A stretch of 64,000 nt of DNA. Origin: a virus (Duplodnaviria > Caudoviricetes). The notes below the pieces were generated by a model. It ran no database searches, had not been told where the DNA came from, and saw nothing but the letters and a program-made list of their open reading frames with translations. Location of the stretch: IMG/VR virus record IMGVR_UViG_3300047320_000196, positions 21-64,020 of that record; one strand, given 5' to 3'. Position numbers and translations under genes: made by a program. Within the stretch, counting starts at the first letter, position 1, and every line of letters starts with the position of its first letter. Of the stretch, positions 38,968-48,945 are shown piece after piece.

Positions 38968-39558
38968 ATGCCAGAGATCTATATGCCCGACAGTGAAGTT
39001 ATTCAGTCAAAAAGACTTGAAGTTGGCAGTGCCATCCTTATCGCAGGTCTCTCCGGCTTACTGACGCTTGCAGGAGTTATGAGCACCAGCGTAATAGGCG
39101 CACTTTCGGCTAAACAATCCGCAGAGCTCGCAGCCCAGTCAGCGAAACTCTCAGCAGGCTTAACTGCGCAAGCAGCAAAGCTCGCAGCGCAGCAGGCTTG
39201 CGTGAACCGAATTGACCTACAGGAGAACAATCTGCGGAATAAGGCCGATCAGTTCCTGAGCGCCTTCGGTATTTATGTGTCCTTGCTGGGGCACTCTCAA
39301 TATATGAAGGACACTAGTGACTCTCGACTCGATGATCTGCTTAAAGCTGGATTTGCGTTCAGTGCTTATGCTCCAGCAAACGTTGCTACGACGACTCAAA
39401 ACATGGTCATAAGTCTAAACAGAAGCCTATCTGAAAAAGATGAGAAAAAGGTTAATGAATATACTGACAAAGTGAATGAGACCTATAGAAAGTGGAACCA
39501 TGAGTACCAAGAGGGCTTACAAAAGCTAGATCACTCTCGCGAGAAGTGCGCTTCATAA
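38968..39558 (+). CDS. Moron: N-terminal TM plus helical domain
   Basis: Opposite strand inside head operon; hydrophobic N-terminal segment. Confidence 0.65.
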   Translation: MPEIYMPDSEVIQSKRLEVGSAILIAGLSGLLTLAGVMSTSVIGALSAKQSAELAAQSAKLSAGLTAQAAKLAAQQACVNRIDLQENNLRNKADQFLSAFGIYVSLLGHSQYMKDTSDSRLDDLLKAGFAFSAYAPANVATTTQNMVISLNRSLSEKDEKKVNEYTDKVNETYRKWNHEYQEGLQKLDHSREKCAS

Positions 39559-40638
39559 CTCGGCTTTTTCAAACGCTATCGGCTCAAGAGCCCTCATCTG
39601 AGTGAGCGTCAGCGGTGAAAAATTGCGACCAAGTTGAAGCTCTGCGAAACGTTCGGTTGTCAAACCGCCTTCGCGGAAAAGCTTGGCGCGGACCGGGCCA
39701 ATGGCCCTGTCCTGAAACGCCGCCGGCTGCTGCTTGAGCCAGTCGTAATAGCTGAGGTCTGCCCTCACCGGCTGCGCGCCACTATTGCCGACCGATGCCC
39801 GCGTGGCGCCCTCAGCAAACAGCGCGCTAAAGCGAGTCACCGCAACCACCGTCGATCGACAGTTTATGTGGATCGGCGGTCGCGGCCCTTCGGTCAGCTT
39901 GAACCGGCGCTTGTCCAGTGTCCGGCACTGGCTGGTCGTCTTCGAATCCAGCGTGCTGACCCACTCCACCGACGGCACGACATCGGAGTTCGCTTTCAGC
40001 GTCTCCATGCGCGCCTGGGTGGCAACGTGCTGCACCGCGGTTCGCACGATGGCGCCAGCGGTGCGGTTGGTCGTAGCCAGGATGCCGTCGTTGTACTTGA
40101 GCGCCTTGGTCCCACGGATGTTCCTGATGATCTGGAAGTTGGTCTGGCCTTCGAAGAAGCCCTGCCTGATCGCGCCGGTGAGGCGTTGCCGCTCCGTGAC
40201 GGTGAAGCCATCAATGAACGACTTGAGCAGCTTGCCGCCGTCCGCGCCGCGCACGCTGAGCGGGTTGATGAGGATCGCCGCCCTGATTGCCGCAGCGCCA
40301 GGCACCGCAGCATCGAAAGAGACGCCGACCGGTGCTGCCCGGGTCAGGCTAGTTGCCTCAAACTCGGCCTCGTAGTTGGCGATATCCTCCAGGTCGAGGT
40401 TCAGCTTCTCGCTGTACCGGTCGAAGATGCCCAGCAGCAGGCTATCAACCTCGCTCAGCAGCCGCTCCAACCGGGCGACGGTGTAACCCGTCAGATCCGC
40501 CCGGGTCAGCCGCTCACGAATTGATCGATCAATCTCCTTCAGGAACGGCGCGAACTTCGCGACCTCCCCCGACTTCAGCTGCTCAAGGAAGACGGCATGG
40601 CGGATTGTGGCATCAAGGATCGCTTGGTTTGCCGCCAT
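39553..40638 (-). CDS. Minor head protein (SPP1 gp7 / Mu F-like)
   Basis: TLDSKTTSQC...PPIHINCRS. Confidence 0.9.
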   Translation of the reverse strand: MAANQAILDATIRHAVFLEQLKSGEVAKFAPFLKEIDRSIRERLTRADLTGYTVARLERLLSEVDSLLLGIFDRYSEKLNLDLEDIANYEAEFEATSLTRAAPVGVSFDAAVPGAAAIRAAILINPLSVRGADGGKLLKSFIDGFTVTERQRLTGAIRQGFFEGQTNFQIIRNIRGTKALKYNDGILATTNRTAGAIVRTAVQHVATQARMETLKANSDVVPSVEWVSTLDSKTTSQCRTLDKRRFKLTEGPRPPIHINCRSTVVAVTRFSALFAEGATRASVGNSGAQPVRADLSYYDWLKQQPAAFQDRAIGPVRAKLFREGGLTTERFAELQLGRNFSPLTLTQMRALEPIAFEKAEL

Positions 40639-42073
40639 TCGGAATTACCTCGTCGTCATCCAGGTCAGGCCCAGTGCTTTGCGCTTCCAGCTCTCCCCGG
40701 ATTTCATCGTCCGTTTTCTCCGGGTTGATCACGCCGCGATCGCGCAGGTACTGCCAGAAGTCGCCCTCCGGCAGTTTCCCGCCCTGCACTGCGTTGAACA
40801 GCGCCGCCAAGATCGTCGCGTCCAAAGTGATCTGGCTGAAGTCCTGATTGAGTTTGTAGACCACTACGCCGGAGGCGTTCACGAACTCAGCCATCCATGT
40901 CAGGCACTGGCTGTAAGCCTCGCTGACGTTGCTGACCACCAGCGACAGAACGCTGTGTTCGGCGGCGCTATCGTTGTCGGCCTGGGTGGCGGTCTTCACC
41001 GCGCTACCACGCTCGATCAGCCGGGCGCCGAGCGACACCATGTCCTGCTTCTTGGATTCCATGGCCTCCTTAGCCACCGTGTTCGGCTGAGCCTGCCAAA
41101 CTCCGCAGGTGCCGTTTACCGGGAGTAGCCAGGGCGCACGGGAGCCGAGGAATATCCCGTTCGTCTCCATGTGATCGCGCCACTGCTCATCGAGACCAGC
41201 CATCCACGGTTGAGGCTGGCCCACCAAATAGGCAGCTTCTTCGTAGTCCGCACTATTGCGGTAATGGCCGATGTTCACTTCGGCCATGTCGTAAAGCGGC
41301 GCGTCGTCAATGGTTGTGTCGTTGTTCTCGCTGCCAACGAATTGGAACGGGATCACCTGCCACGGTCGGCCGAGGCCATTCAATGGTGTGAATGGCGCGA
41401 CCTTCTGAGTTGTCGCGCTTGAACCCTCTTCCCACACTTCCTGCGTGTACTGACCCAAGACATCAAGGCGCAATACTCGGTATTGCACGACCTGCTCACT
41501 ACCGAAACCATCGTCGGTATCGACGTCGACCGTTTCGCGCAGCACGACAAGGCTCAACAGGTGCTGGCCGCCGACTTGGCGGGTCTTCCAGTTGATGATC
41601 GACTCAGCTGTGTAGCTTGCGATGTTCGCCCGGGCGCGGCCAGATTGCTCGTCAGCCTTGCTGACTGTCCCAGCCACAACGGAAACATAGTCCACCAGCA
41701 GCCCATGGCGGCCGACTTCGAGCAGATGCCCGATCACCGACTGTGATTGCTGGTAAACGCTCACGCCCTGCCCGTCGATATCCTTGGATACGTAGTCGAG
41801 TGCGCCGGGAACAGTGAGCGTAGGCCAGGTACGAAACACTGCGCCAACGAGGCTGTGCTTCGTGCGACCGGTAGCGTTGTAGAACACAGCGCGCTTCTTG
41901 TACGCCTCATAGCGCGCCTTGTTGTCGTCACTGGTGTCGGCTGCGTTCGGCCTTGGCAGATATCGGTCGCCGGCAGCCTTGATGGTTTCCGACCCTTTGC
42001 AGACGTCGCGCACCAAGCGCCATCGGTACTGTGCCGCCTTGTACTCGGGACGAGTAAAAGTGACGTCCGTCAT
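40613..42073 (-). CDS. Portal protein (DUF4055-like)
   Basis: YLP...Y..RAVFYN, NIGHYRNSADY; follows terminase. Confidence 0.88.
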   Translation of the reverse strand: MTDVTFTRPEYKAAQYRWRLVRDVCKGSETIKAAGDRYLPRPNAADTSDDNKARYEAYKKRAVFYNATGRTKHSLVGAVFRTWPTLTVPGALDYVSKDIDGQGVSVYQQSQSVIGHLLEVGRHGLLVDYVSVVAGTVSKADEQSGRARANIASYTAESIINWKTRQVGGQHLLSLVVLRETVDVDTDDGFGSEQVVQYRVLRLDVLGQYTQEVWEEGSSATTQKVAPFTPLNGLGRPWQVIPFQFVGSENNDTTIDDAPLYDMAEVNIGHYRNSADYEEAAYLVGQPQPWMAGLDEQWRDHMETNGIFLGSRAPWLLPVNGTCGVWQAQPNTVAKEAMESKKQDMVSLGARLIERGSAVKTATQADNDSAAEHSVLSLVVSNVSEAYSQCLTWMAEFVNASGVVVYKLNQDFSQITLDATILAALFNAVQGGKLPEGDFWQYLRDRGVINPEKTDDEIRGELEAQSTGPDLDDDEVIPNGGKPSDP

Positions 42074-43371
42074 CGAGCGACTCCCATTTTCATTGAGGTG
42101 ACCGGTTTAACGATCGGGTACTCGCGGTGAATGAAGTAACCGCCGCCGTCGTTGGCGTGGTCGTTGCCTTGGCTCTTATCCGGCTCGCCGTTCGGCGCCC
42201 AGATCTGCTGCTCCAGGCCATCTGCGTAGGTCGGGCACGTAAACGGGTTGACCAGATAGCGGCGTTCGCCCTGCGCGTTGCAGAACATGGCGTTCATAGC
42301 GTTGATCCGGTCCTTCACCGGTGGGTTGGCCGCCGGCGCGATGACCGTGAACCCAGCCTGCTTGAGCATGGCTATATCGGTGAGGCTTGCATTGACCGAC
42401 TTGCGCGAATCGCCAGAGGCGTCGGGGTAGATCCGGATCTCGCAGGTCTTCTTGTAGTCGTTGCCGGTGTGTTCCCAGTACCGTTCTTTGATGCGGCGGA
42501 TCATGTCCGGCGTGTCATAGCCATCCATCAACTCGTCCACGGCGCGCGGTAGCCCTTGGCCACGTTTGACGTGGGTGATCGCCGCCATCTTGCCGACGTT
42601 GAAGTCCATGCCGATGAACAGCGGCTCACCGGGCTGCACAGTGTCGAAGCACTGGTTCAGCTTGCGGTCGTAGGCGTGGTAGATCGATCCGGACGTCAGG
42701 TTGACGAACTGGCCGTTCAGGTATGCGCGGATCAGCTGCTCTGGGTACGACTCCATCAGCGACGCGATGTAGTCGTCAGGCAGGTTCAGCTCGTTGTCGA
42801 AGGTGCTGGCTTGGATAAGGCCATACATCTCCTTCAGCGCGGGCTTGTCGCGTAACTGCTTCACGAACTGGAGGAAGACGAACTTGAAGCCTTCCGGCGT
42901 CGTGGTCACGTCCACGCCATTTTTCAGCCCCGGCAAGTTGTAACGCATCCGGGCAATGATCTTGCGCCAGGCTTGCTGAGCCTTGATCGACGTCAGCACG
43001 TCCAGTTCATCCACCAGGGCGTGACCGATCTTGAAGCCGACGATTGTTTGCGGCTTCTCCATGGACCGGCAAATCACAGTGCCGCGATATTGCCGGCCGC
43101 TGTAAATGTGAACCTCATGGTTCGCCTGGTTGATCTTGGTCTTCAGCCCCCAGTCGTAGGCCACCTCCTCCATCGTGGGATAGAAGATGTCGCGGATCTG
43201 CGGATAAGTCGGAGCGAAGTAACCAGCGTTGACGCCGGGCCACTCCATGAAATGCTTGCTGAGCGCTGAGCATCCGACCCAGGTCTTCCCGGAGCCGAAC
43301 CCAGCAACGAACGCGCGAAACTTGTGGGGCAATAGGAGGAACTGCGACTGCGGAACGTTAAGGCTCGGCAT
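42070..43371 (-). CDS. Terminase large subunit
   Basis: AGFGSGKT, VDELD, TTTPEG, GMDFN, DHAND. Confidence 0.95.
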   Translation of the reverse strand: MPSLNVPQSQFLLLPHKFRAFVAGFGSGKTWVGCSALSKHFMEWPGVNAGYFAPTYPQIRDIFYPTMEEVAYDWGLKTKINQANHEVHIYSGRQYRGTVICRSMEKPQTIVGFKIGHALVDELDVLTSIKAQQAWRKIIARMRYNLPGLKNGVDVTTTPEGFKFVFLQFVKQLRDKPALKEMYGLIQASTFDNELNLPDDYIASLMESYPEQLIRAYLNGQFVNLTSGSIYHAYDRKLNQCFDTVQPGEPLFIGMDFNVGKMAAITHVKRGQGLPRAVDELMDGYDTPDMIRRIKERYWEHTGNDYKKTCEIRIYPDASGDSRKSVNASLTDIAMLKQAGFTVIAPAANPPVKDRINAMNAMFCNAQGERRYLVNPFTCPTYADGLEQQIWAPNGEPDKSQGNDHANDGGGYFIHREYPIVKPVTSMKMGVAR

Positions 43372-43819
43372 TCGGCTTCCTCGCGTCCACTACGTCGACC
43401 TGAATGCGCGTCGGGATTGCCGGTTCGTCGTCAGGCTCATCCTTCCGATGCCGATTGACGTAGACGTCGCCGACTTCCTTCGCAGCCTGCTCGAGGATCT
43501 GCATGGCGAGGCCGATGTTCTTCATCGTCTCGGCCTTCTCCACAAACCGGTTCATCGCACGAAGGCGGAATGCTCGGTTAGCGATCGGGATCTCGGCTGT
43601 CTCCTCGCGGAAGCGCTTGCGGGTATCTTCAAACACCGCTTTCCACTTCACGCCAAGGTCACGGCCAGCGTGTTTCGTTGGGTCGTACTGCTCGCACTGC
43701 TGGCGAGACACTTCGACGCCGAATGTTTCCTTGACCGCCTGCACTACCTGAGTCGGCGTATCAAAGCAGGCCAACGCCTGCACAATGAAGCGCTTCACCT
43801 CATCTTTCAGGGCTGCCAT
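43358..43819 (-). CDS. Terminase small subunit (DUF2280-like)
   Basis: FIVQALACFDTP, YDPTK, IPIANRAFRL. Confidence 0.85.
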   Translation of the reverse strand: MAALKDEVKRFIVQALACFDTPTQVVQAVKETFGVEVSRQQCEQYDPTKHAGRDLGVKWKAVFEDTRKRFREETAEIPIANRAFRLRAMNRFVEKAETMKNIGLAMQILEQAAKEVGDVYVNRHRKDEPDDEPAIPTRIQVDVVDARKPNAEP

Positions 43820-43851
43820 ATGGGTTTATTCCGTCAAGGTCCTGTCAAGGA

Positions 43852-43911
43852 TCAGGCCGACTTGAGCAGACAGGTTCCGCAGGCCCTCGATATGTTCAAC
43901 TTCGGCGTCAT
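43852..43911 (-). pseudogene. Displaced original 3' end of the phage metallopeptidase-like gene
   Basis: KLNISRACGTCLLKSA* parallels KASIARSCGTCIRGAT* at the end of 44423-45046. Confidence 0.7.
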
Positions 43912-43912
43912 T

Positions 43913-44422
43913 TCAGATGTGCGCCCATGTTCTTCTTGCTGCCACATCCCGAACGGTCGCCATCGACACGCCGAATTGATCAGCCAATTCAGCCTGAACT
44001 GATTTCGTCAGCGGCCTGGTCGCGCGAATGACGCGAACGTTGTCTTCAGTCAGCTTGGAGTAGCCGTTACGCTCACCTTCAGCTGCGTTGGCGCCATGAT
44101 CATATCCGTGCTTACGATTACCTGAGGCGCTGACCCACTCCAGATTGAGCAGGTCGTTGTTGGATCGAGATGCATCAATATGATTTACCTCGGTGGCGCC
44201 TGCCTGCTTTGGCAGGAAGGCTTCAGCAACCAGGCGGTGGACACGCACAGATTTTCGCTTTCCGGAATCGGTTAGGTTCACCGACGGATACCCAGAGACC
44301 AGGAACTGCGAAAGAATTGCTCCAGCCACTCCGCTGTTTCGAGTCGTGAGCCTCTTGATTCGTCCGCGATCACTGACCGCGTAGTTGGGCCAGTCCAGAA
44401 TCTGTTTCCATTGCTCTTCCAC
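43913..44422 (-). CDS. NUMOD4-HNH homing endonuclease
   Basis: EQWKQI..WPNYAVSDRGRIK; VHRLVAEAF, VNHID...NN...NLEW. Confidence 0.9.
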   Translation of the reverse strand: MEEQWKQILDWPNYAVSDRGRIKRLTTRNSGVAGAILSQFLVSGYPSVNLTDSGKRKSVRVHRLVAEAFLPKQAGATEVNHIDASRSNNDLLNLEWVSASGNRKHGYDHGANAAEGERNGYSKLTEDNVRVIRATRPLTKSVQAELADQFGVSMATVRDVAARRTWAHI

Positions 44423-45046
44423 CTATGTAGCCCCTCTGATGCAAGTACCACAGGACCGGGCAATCGAAGCCTTTGAGACCTCGGGGAACCCGTTCGCCGC
44501 CTCAACCATTTGCTGGACGTCTTTTGATGCGCCGTACCGCCTGACTACGCCAACAAATTCCTCGACATCATGCCCGCGGATACAAAGTTTTGGCGCACCC
44601 TCTTTTGTAAACTTTGGAGCCCCGTACTGATCAAGCTCTTGAGCTATATGAAATAACTCATGCTCCACCAGTGCGCAGAAGTCAGCGTCAGAGCAGTCAG
44701 CGCAGTAGTCAGCCGCCAGGGTGATGACGTAGGCCGGCACGTTGCCGAACCAATCCAGCATCTGCTGTTCCATCCTCGCCTTCTGCCAACCGCCGGCGCG
44801 GAATGCGACTTGCTCGGCCTGGCCGACAACTGCCCGCCCCTTCTTGATAAAGGCAGCAGACGCCCACAGCACGCTGATGTTGGCGTCGATCAGATGAGAA
44901 TGCTCGGGGTTATGAATGCTGCCAGTGTCGGCAAGGACTTCGGTCTGCATCCACTCCCATACCTCGGGGGCAGGCGTCAGGCGAATGCCAAAACTGGACA
45001 AATCCGAGAGATCTAGGAGATCCCCAGGCGGGCGCGGCCTTTTCAT
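44423..45046 (-). CDS. Putative phage metallopeptidase
   Basis: LVEHELFHI, GHDVEEF.GVVRRYG. Confidence 0.85.
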   Translation of the reverse strand: MKRPRPPGDLLDLSDLSSFGIRLTPAPEVWEWMQTEVLADTGSIHNPEHSHLIDANISVLWASAAFIKKGRAVVGQAEQVAFRAGGWQKARMEQQMLDWFGNVPAYVITLAADYCADCSDADFCALVEHELFHIAQELDQYGAPKFTKEGAPKLCIRGHDVEEFVGVVRRYGASKDVQQMVEAANGFPEVSKASIARSCGTCIRGAT

Positions 45047-45105
45047 GGGTCATGTCCCTACTGATATGATGGCCAGCTGCCATTTTTTTGTTTACAGGAT
45101 AGTGC

Positions 45106-45639
45106 ATGACGCAGGCTAACTCGGGAATATTGAAAGCAACCGTACAACTCGTATTTGGAGGTGCAGGTGTGGCTGCACTCATCACAATCGCATACACGAT
45201 GTGGCACGACTCCAACGAGAGATCCACTGCATTCGGGGAAAACAAGGCCGCATTGGCATTTGCCAATGGTCAACTTACGGAGAGCAAAGCCGAGAATGAG
45301 AAGCTGAAAACTGAGAAGGGACAACTCCAGCAACAGATTGACGATCTGCGGCAGCAAATCTTGACTGAGCAGAATAACTACAGATATGACAAGAAGCTGC
45401 TAGATGAAAGCTACGAGAAATCTCAGAAGCTCGAAGGTTACGTCGCTCAGCTAACCGCAATGCTCAAAAATGCGGATCCCTGCGCACCGATTCGCGCAGA
45501 AATCACGTCGCTTGAAGAAGAGTTGCAGCGTCCAGCCTACATAGTGCCTCAGCTTAGCGACGTCCAACGGGCGCAAGGGCAATCGAGCTTAGAAAAAAAG
45601 TATAAGTCTCTCGATGTTTGCCAGTCATCGCGTAGATAA
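45106..45639 (+). CDS. Moron: TM plus coiled-coil protein
   Basis: Single TM, long heptad region, two Cys. Confidence 0.65.
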   Translation: MTQANSGILKATVQLVFGGAGVAALITIAYTMWHDSNERSTAFGENKAALAFANGQLTESKAENEKLKTEKGQLQQQIDDLRQQILTEQNNYRYDKKLLDESYEKSQKLEGYVAQLTAMLKNADPCAPIRAEITSLEEELQRPAYIVPQLSDVQRAQGQSSLEKKYKSLDVCQSSRR

Positions 45640-45737
45640 ATCCTCGTTTTCTTGGTCGCCATAATCCGCTTCGACTGCTTGAAATGAAAACTGGTTGCCG
45701 GTATTGGTGAGGCTCAAACCAACGCAGGAGCCGTAGA

Positions 45738-46067
45738 ATGGATTTCGAAACAGCGGAAATTGATGTTGACCAAGGATCTGATAGCCATGTGAGGCTTTCT
45801 GCGGTGCCGTTCCATTTCAATCCGGGCGAACGCTCTCTCTACACCGGTGCAGATGGCTCAGGCGGCATTGTACAACGTACTGGATGGCTGGGCCTGAAGA
45901 CGGAACCATTCAACGGCTGGTATTCGGCTCACATCATTTCGGTGACCGGCCACAAAGGAACTGACTTTGTGTTTGAGGTGAAGCGGAATTTCCACACCCC
46001 ACTGCAAGATGGCGAGTGGCTATGGTTCCCTGCTTCGCGGCAAACAGTCGAGCCCTACCGTACCTGA
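45738..46067 (+). CDS. Hypothetical protein
   Basis: AGGAG RBS, 109 aa, beta-rich. Confidence 0.6.
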   Translation: MDFETAEIDVDQGSDSHVRLSAVPFHFNPGERSLYTGADGSGGIVQRTGWLGLKTEPFNGWYSAHIISVTGHKGTDFVFEVKRNFHTPLQDGEWLWFPASRQTVEPYRT

Positions 46068-46099
46068 ATCCCTGCGTGCCGTACTCACCTGCGGCACTC

Positions 46100-46354
46100 C
46101 TACCCTTCTCCGCCATCCAGCAGCACATCAATCAGTTTCTGCTCACCCAGGCGCATTGCACCCAAGCACTGGAGGTCGTCGCACTTGGGACCCAGACCGA
46201 ACACCGTCACTTCGCCTTTCGGCCCCATGAGGCTCAGCGCGCCTACAGTGCACTCCGGGTGCACACCGGCATCAAGATCATCAGCAATCTTGCGTAGCGT
46301 CTTGGCGGCATCGCGCCACCCCTCACGCTTGAGCTCAACGAGTTTTGCGGTCAT
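46100..46354 (-). CDS. Phage hypothetical protein
   Basis: LRKIADDLDAG; coupled in late operon. Confidence 0.65.
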   Translation of the reverse strand: MTAKLVELKREGWRDAAKTLRKIADDLDAGVHPECTVGALSLMGPKGEVTVFGLGPKCDDLQCLGAMRLGEQKLIDVLLDGGEG

Positions 46355-46539
46355 GCCGTCACCCTCTGTAACCACTCTTCAATAATCCGGCGCAGAACCG
46401 GCTCGGTCAGGATGGTCGATGGCTTGTCGCCGGCGATCACTGAGCGCACCAAGTCACAGGGAATCACGTGGACACCGATAGCCGCCGCTACTGTCAGGTG
46501 CGGGCGCTGATCAGCGATGTCGTGGATGTCTGCGGTCAT
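46351..46539 (-). CDS. Phage hypothetical protein
   Basis: GGAG RBS; ATGA overlap with next gene. Confidence 0.6.
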   Translation of the reverse strand: MTADIHDIADQRPHLTVAAAIGVHVIPCDLVRSVIAGDKPSTILTEPVLRRIIEEWLQRVTA

Positions 46540-46591
46540 GCTCACTCCAGTGTCGCGACACAATTTGCTGATTCGCGAAACGTGTCGCGAC

Positions 46592-46924
46592 TTACTCCGC
46601 CTTGCGGGTGGGAAGCTTGAAGTCAGTCACCCGGTCAGCGATGTTCCGGATCTTCTCGACACCCAAGAAGCCAACCCAGCCACCGGCAAAGGTGGCCATG
46701 CTCTGTGGCAGGCCGAAGAAGTCCAGGCCGCTGATTATGGTCAGTGTGAGGCCGCCGCAGATGGCGCCTTCCACTAGCATCTGGCGACGAGTACCGCCGC
46801 CGTAAGTGATCCGCAAGACGGCCATAGCGCAGGACAGCGCAGCCGCATAGAGGATCGGCGAATGCTGGCTCAACCACGCAAGCGCTATCGCCCATGTGTC
46901 TGGTTTGTCTGGCATGTTTGGCAT
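46592..46924 (-). CDS. Lambda-family holin
   Basis: MPNMPDKPDTW (possible dual start), 3 TMs, GFLGVEKIR. Confidence 0.9.
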   Translation of the reverse strand: MPNMPDKPDTWAIALAWLSQHSPILYAAALSCAMAVLRITYGGGTRRQMLVEGAICGGLTLTIISGLDFFGLPQSMATFAGGWVGFLGVEKIRNIADRVTDFKLPTRKAE

Positions 46925-47157
46925 CTCGGTTCCTCCCCGTCAGGGAGATAGGAATATCGCAGGCGGTGGTCCACAGATTTGAATCCACTCGAACAGCACT
47001 CCCAGCTCGGAGTATTGGGTGTGAGGAGCTGAAAACGAAAAAGCCCCGGCATTTGCCAGAGCTCTGTGAAGTATTTCAATGCAACAAACTTTCCATCTGG
47101 TGGCGCAAATCAAACTAATTTACTAGAGTCTTCACTAGCTACAGGAGGGTACTTCCA

Positions 47158-47493
47158 ATGAAAATTCCCACTGCTTTTTTGCTCCTCACGATGGTATGCA
47201 CCCTTAGCAATGCCTATGCAATAGACCACTTGATGCCAGGTGATGAAGGTGGAGGTGGAGGCGAAGTCGTCGAAAAACCTGAACACGGAACAAAACCGGA
47301 GATCATTGATAAGCCAGCGACCACTCAAAAACCAACTGACGAACTCGTTCGATGGCATGAACAGGTGACAAATGATCGTATCAAACAAATACAAGAGGAC
47401 AGCATGACATCGGCCAGTCAAAAGGATGCTGCAATTCAAGGCCTCAAACGAAACCATGAGGCGTGCATAGGAGATGCTTCACACTGCAAGTAA
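47158..47493 (+). CDS. Moron: secreted hypothetical protein
   Basis: Signal peptide ending AYA; GGAGG RBS. Confidence 0.65.
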   Translation: MKIPTAFLLLTMVCTLSNAYAIDHLMPGDEGGGGGEVVEKPEHGTKPEIIDKPATTQKPTDELVRWHEQVTNDRIKQIQEDSMTSASQKDAAIQGLKRNHEACIGDASHCK

Positions 47494-47620
47494 CAAAAAA
47501 CTCTTTAATCCTCAAAACACTGCGATTTCCGGCTCAGGAGTTTCAGAAAGCAAAAAGCCCGGCATTTGACCGGGCTCCGTATCGCATAAACTTATTATCA
47601 AACAGAACTTAATGAGTTAA

Positions 47621-48100
47621 TCAGACCCGATCAGGATCAAAAATGTACATCAAACGCTCGACCAGAGCAGCGTAGATAGGATCAAAACGCTGTTTGTCTT
47701 TATCATCAATACCGACTGACAAATTTATCGGCAACTTTTTGACGGAAAAGTCAAAACTCTCACTATTTAGCGACACAGAGAACTCAAAAATAACGACCTG
47801 TCTAAGACCAAAATGGGCGTCCTGCTCCACCGTCAACGCGATGGAAAAATCCACAACACCGTCAATAGAACTGAGCCGCAAATAGTCAATTTCCTGAAAG
47901 GAGTGTTCATCTCCAGTTCCAAGGCGAACATACCGCTGTTGCTTTCCCTGCGAGTCCGTCCAAGTGACATCCGGAATCGATAGGTAACGTTCAAACCCAA
48001 CGGCAAGGGCGTTGGCCGCACTGGACATCAGATGCAGCCTAGCCTGTTGCTTTTCAAATAGTCTTTTGTACTGCTGAGAGAGCTCGTTATAAATGGACAT
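47621..48100 (-). CDS. Moron: hypothetical protein
   Basis: AAGGAG RBS, AT-rich, 159 aa. Confidence 0.65.
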   Translation of the reverse strand: MSIYNELSQQYKRLFEKQQARLHLMSSAANALAVGFERYLSIPDVTWTDSQGKQQRYVRLGTGDEHSFQEIDYLRLSSIDGVVDFSIALTVEQDAHFGLRQVVIFEFSVSLNSESFDFSVKKLPINLSVGIDDKDKQRFDPIYAALVERLMYIFDPDRV

Positions 48101-48268
48101 CACCAACTCCTTTGTGTGAGCTGGAAACATCTCATAGCGATCATTTTTTTTCTATAAACAGATGGCAAAAAGCCCGACACAATGGCCGGCCTTCGTCTGC
48201 TGTGTCGCGCTTGAAAAGCTGAACACCGTGCCATGAAAACAGGTGTTTATCCGCGTGGAAAGACTTTT

Positions 48269-48658
48269 TTACGCAGCTTCCCGAATCGTCTCTAAAGCAC
48301 AATCGATCCATGCCACTCCGGCTTTGATGACCTCCCGTGCCTTCGCCTCACCTATGCCATTTTCCCTACCAATTCGCAATGCCGGCCACTTAGCACCAAA
48401 GTACAACCAGATGAAATTTCCCATCTGTTGATCGCGTATCGTCAGACGGGCAACAGCCCCATCCAACACGAGGGCCAGATCATCGGTCATTGAGTATTCC
48501 TTCACCCCACCCTCGCACGGCGTGTTGTCACGGATCAGTGAGTAGAGCGGCGATATGTAGCTTGGCACTCCCATTCCGTCCATTCGCCAAAAACCCCACT
48601 GCTCCAGCATCCACTCGGTATCTCCCAAGGGTTTGCCGATATACGTTCGCTTTTTCAT
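48269..48658 (-). CDS. Late antiterminator Q
   Basis: LEQWG.W, AGVAWID; upstream of late genes. Confidence 0.85.
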   Translation of the reverse strand: MKKRTYIGKPLGDTEWMLEQWGFWRMDGMGVPSYISPLYSLIRDNTPCEGGVKEYSMTDDLALVLDGAVARLTIRDQQMGNFIWLYFGAKWPALRIGRENGIGEAKAREVIKAGVAWIDCALETIREAA

Positions 48659-48945
48659 GCGGCCTTCCTCGGGTCCGGATCACTTAGGCCAAATAGGTCA
48701 CGCAGTAACCGGTCGGCAGGTTTGTTCTTGGCATTACCGTCGATCAGCCACCGCTGGCCGTAGTCATGGAAACCAATCTGTGCTCGGCTGCCATGCCAAC
48801 TCGCGACCATGTCCAGCAGATACGCGAGTGCGATCGGACCACCCAACTTAATCTTGGATAGCTCTTCGCCCGCGACCTTCAAAAACTGGCGCTCCAAATC
48901 ACTCATACTCTTGCGCGGAAGCATTGCAGCAACTCGATCATTCAT
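48655..48945 (-). CDS. Phage hypothetical protein
   Basis: Coupled between DnaB and Q. Confidence 0.7.
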   Translation of the reverse strand: MNDRVAAMLPRKSMSDLERQFLKVAGEELSKIKLGGPIALAYLLDMVASWHGSRAQIGFHDYGQRWLIDGNAKNKPADRLLRDLFGLSDPDPRKAA

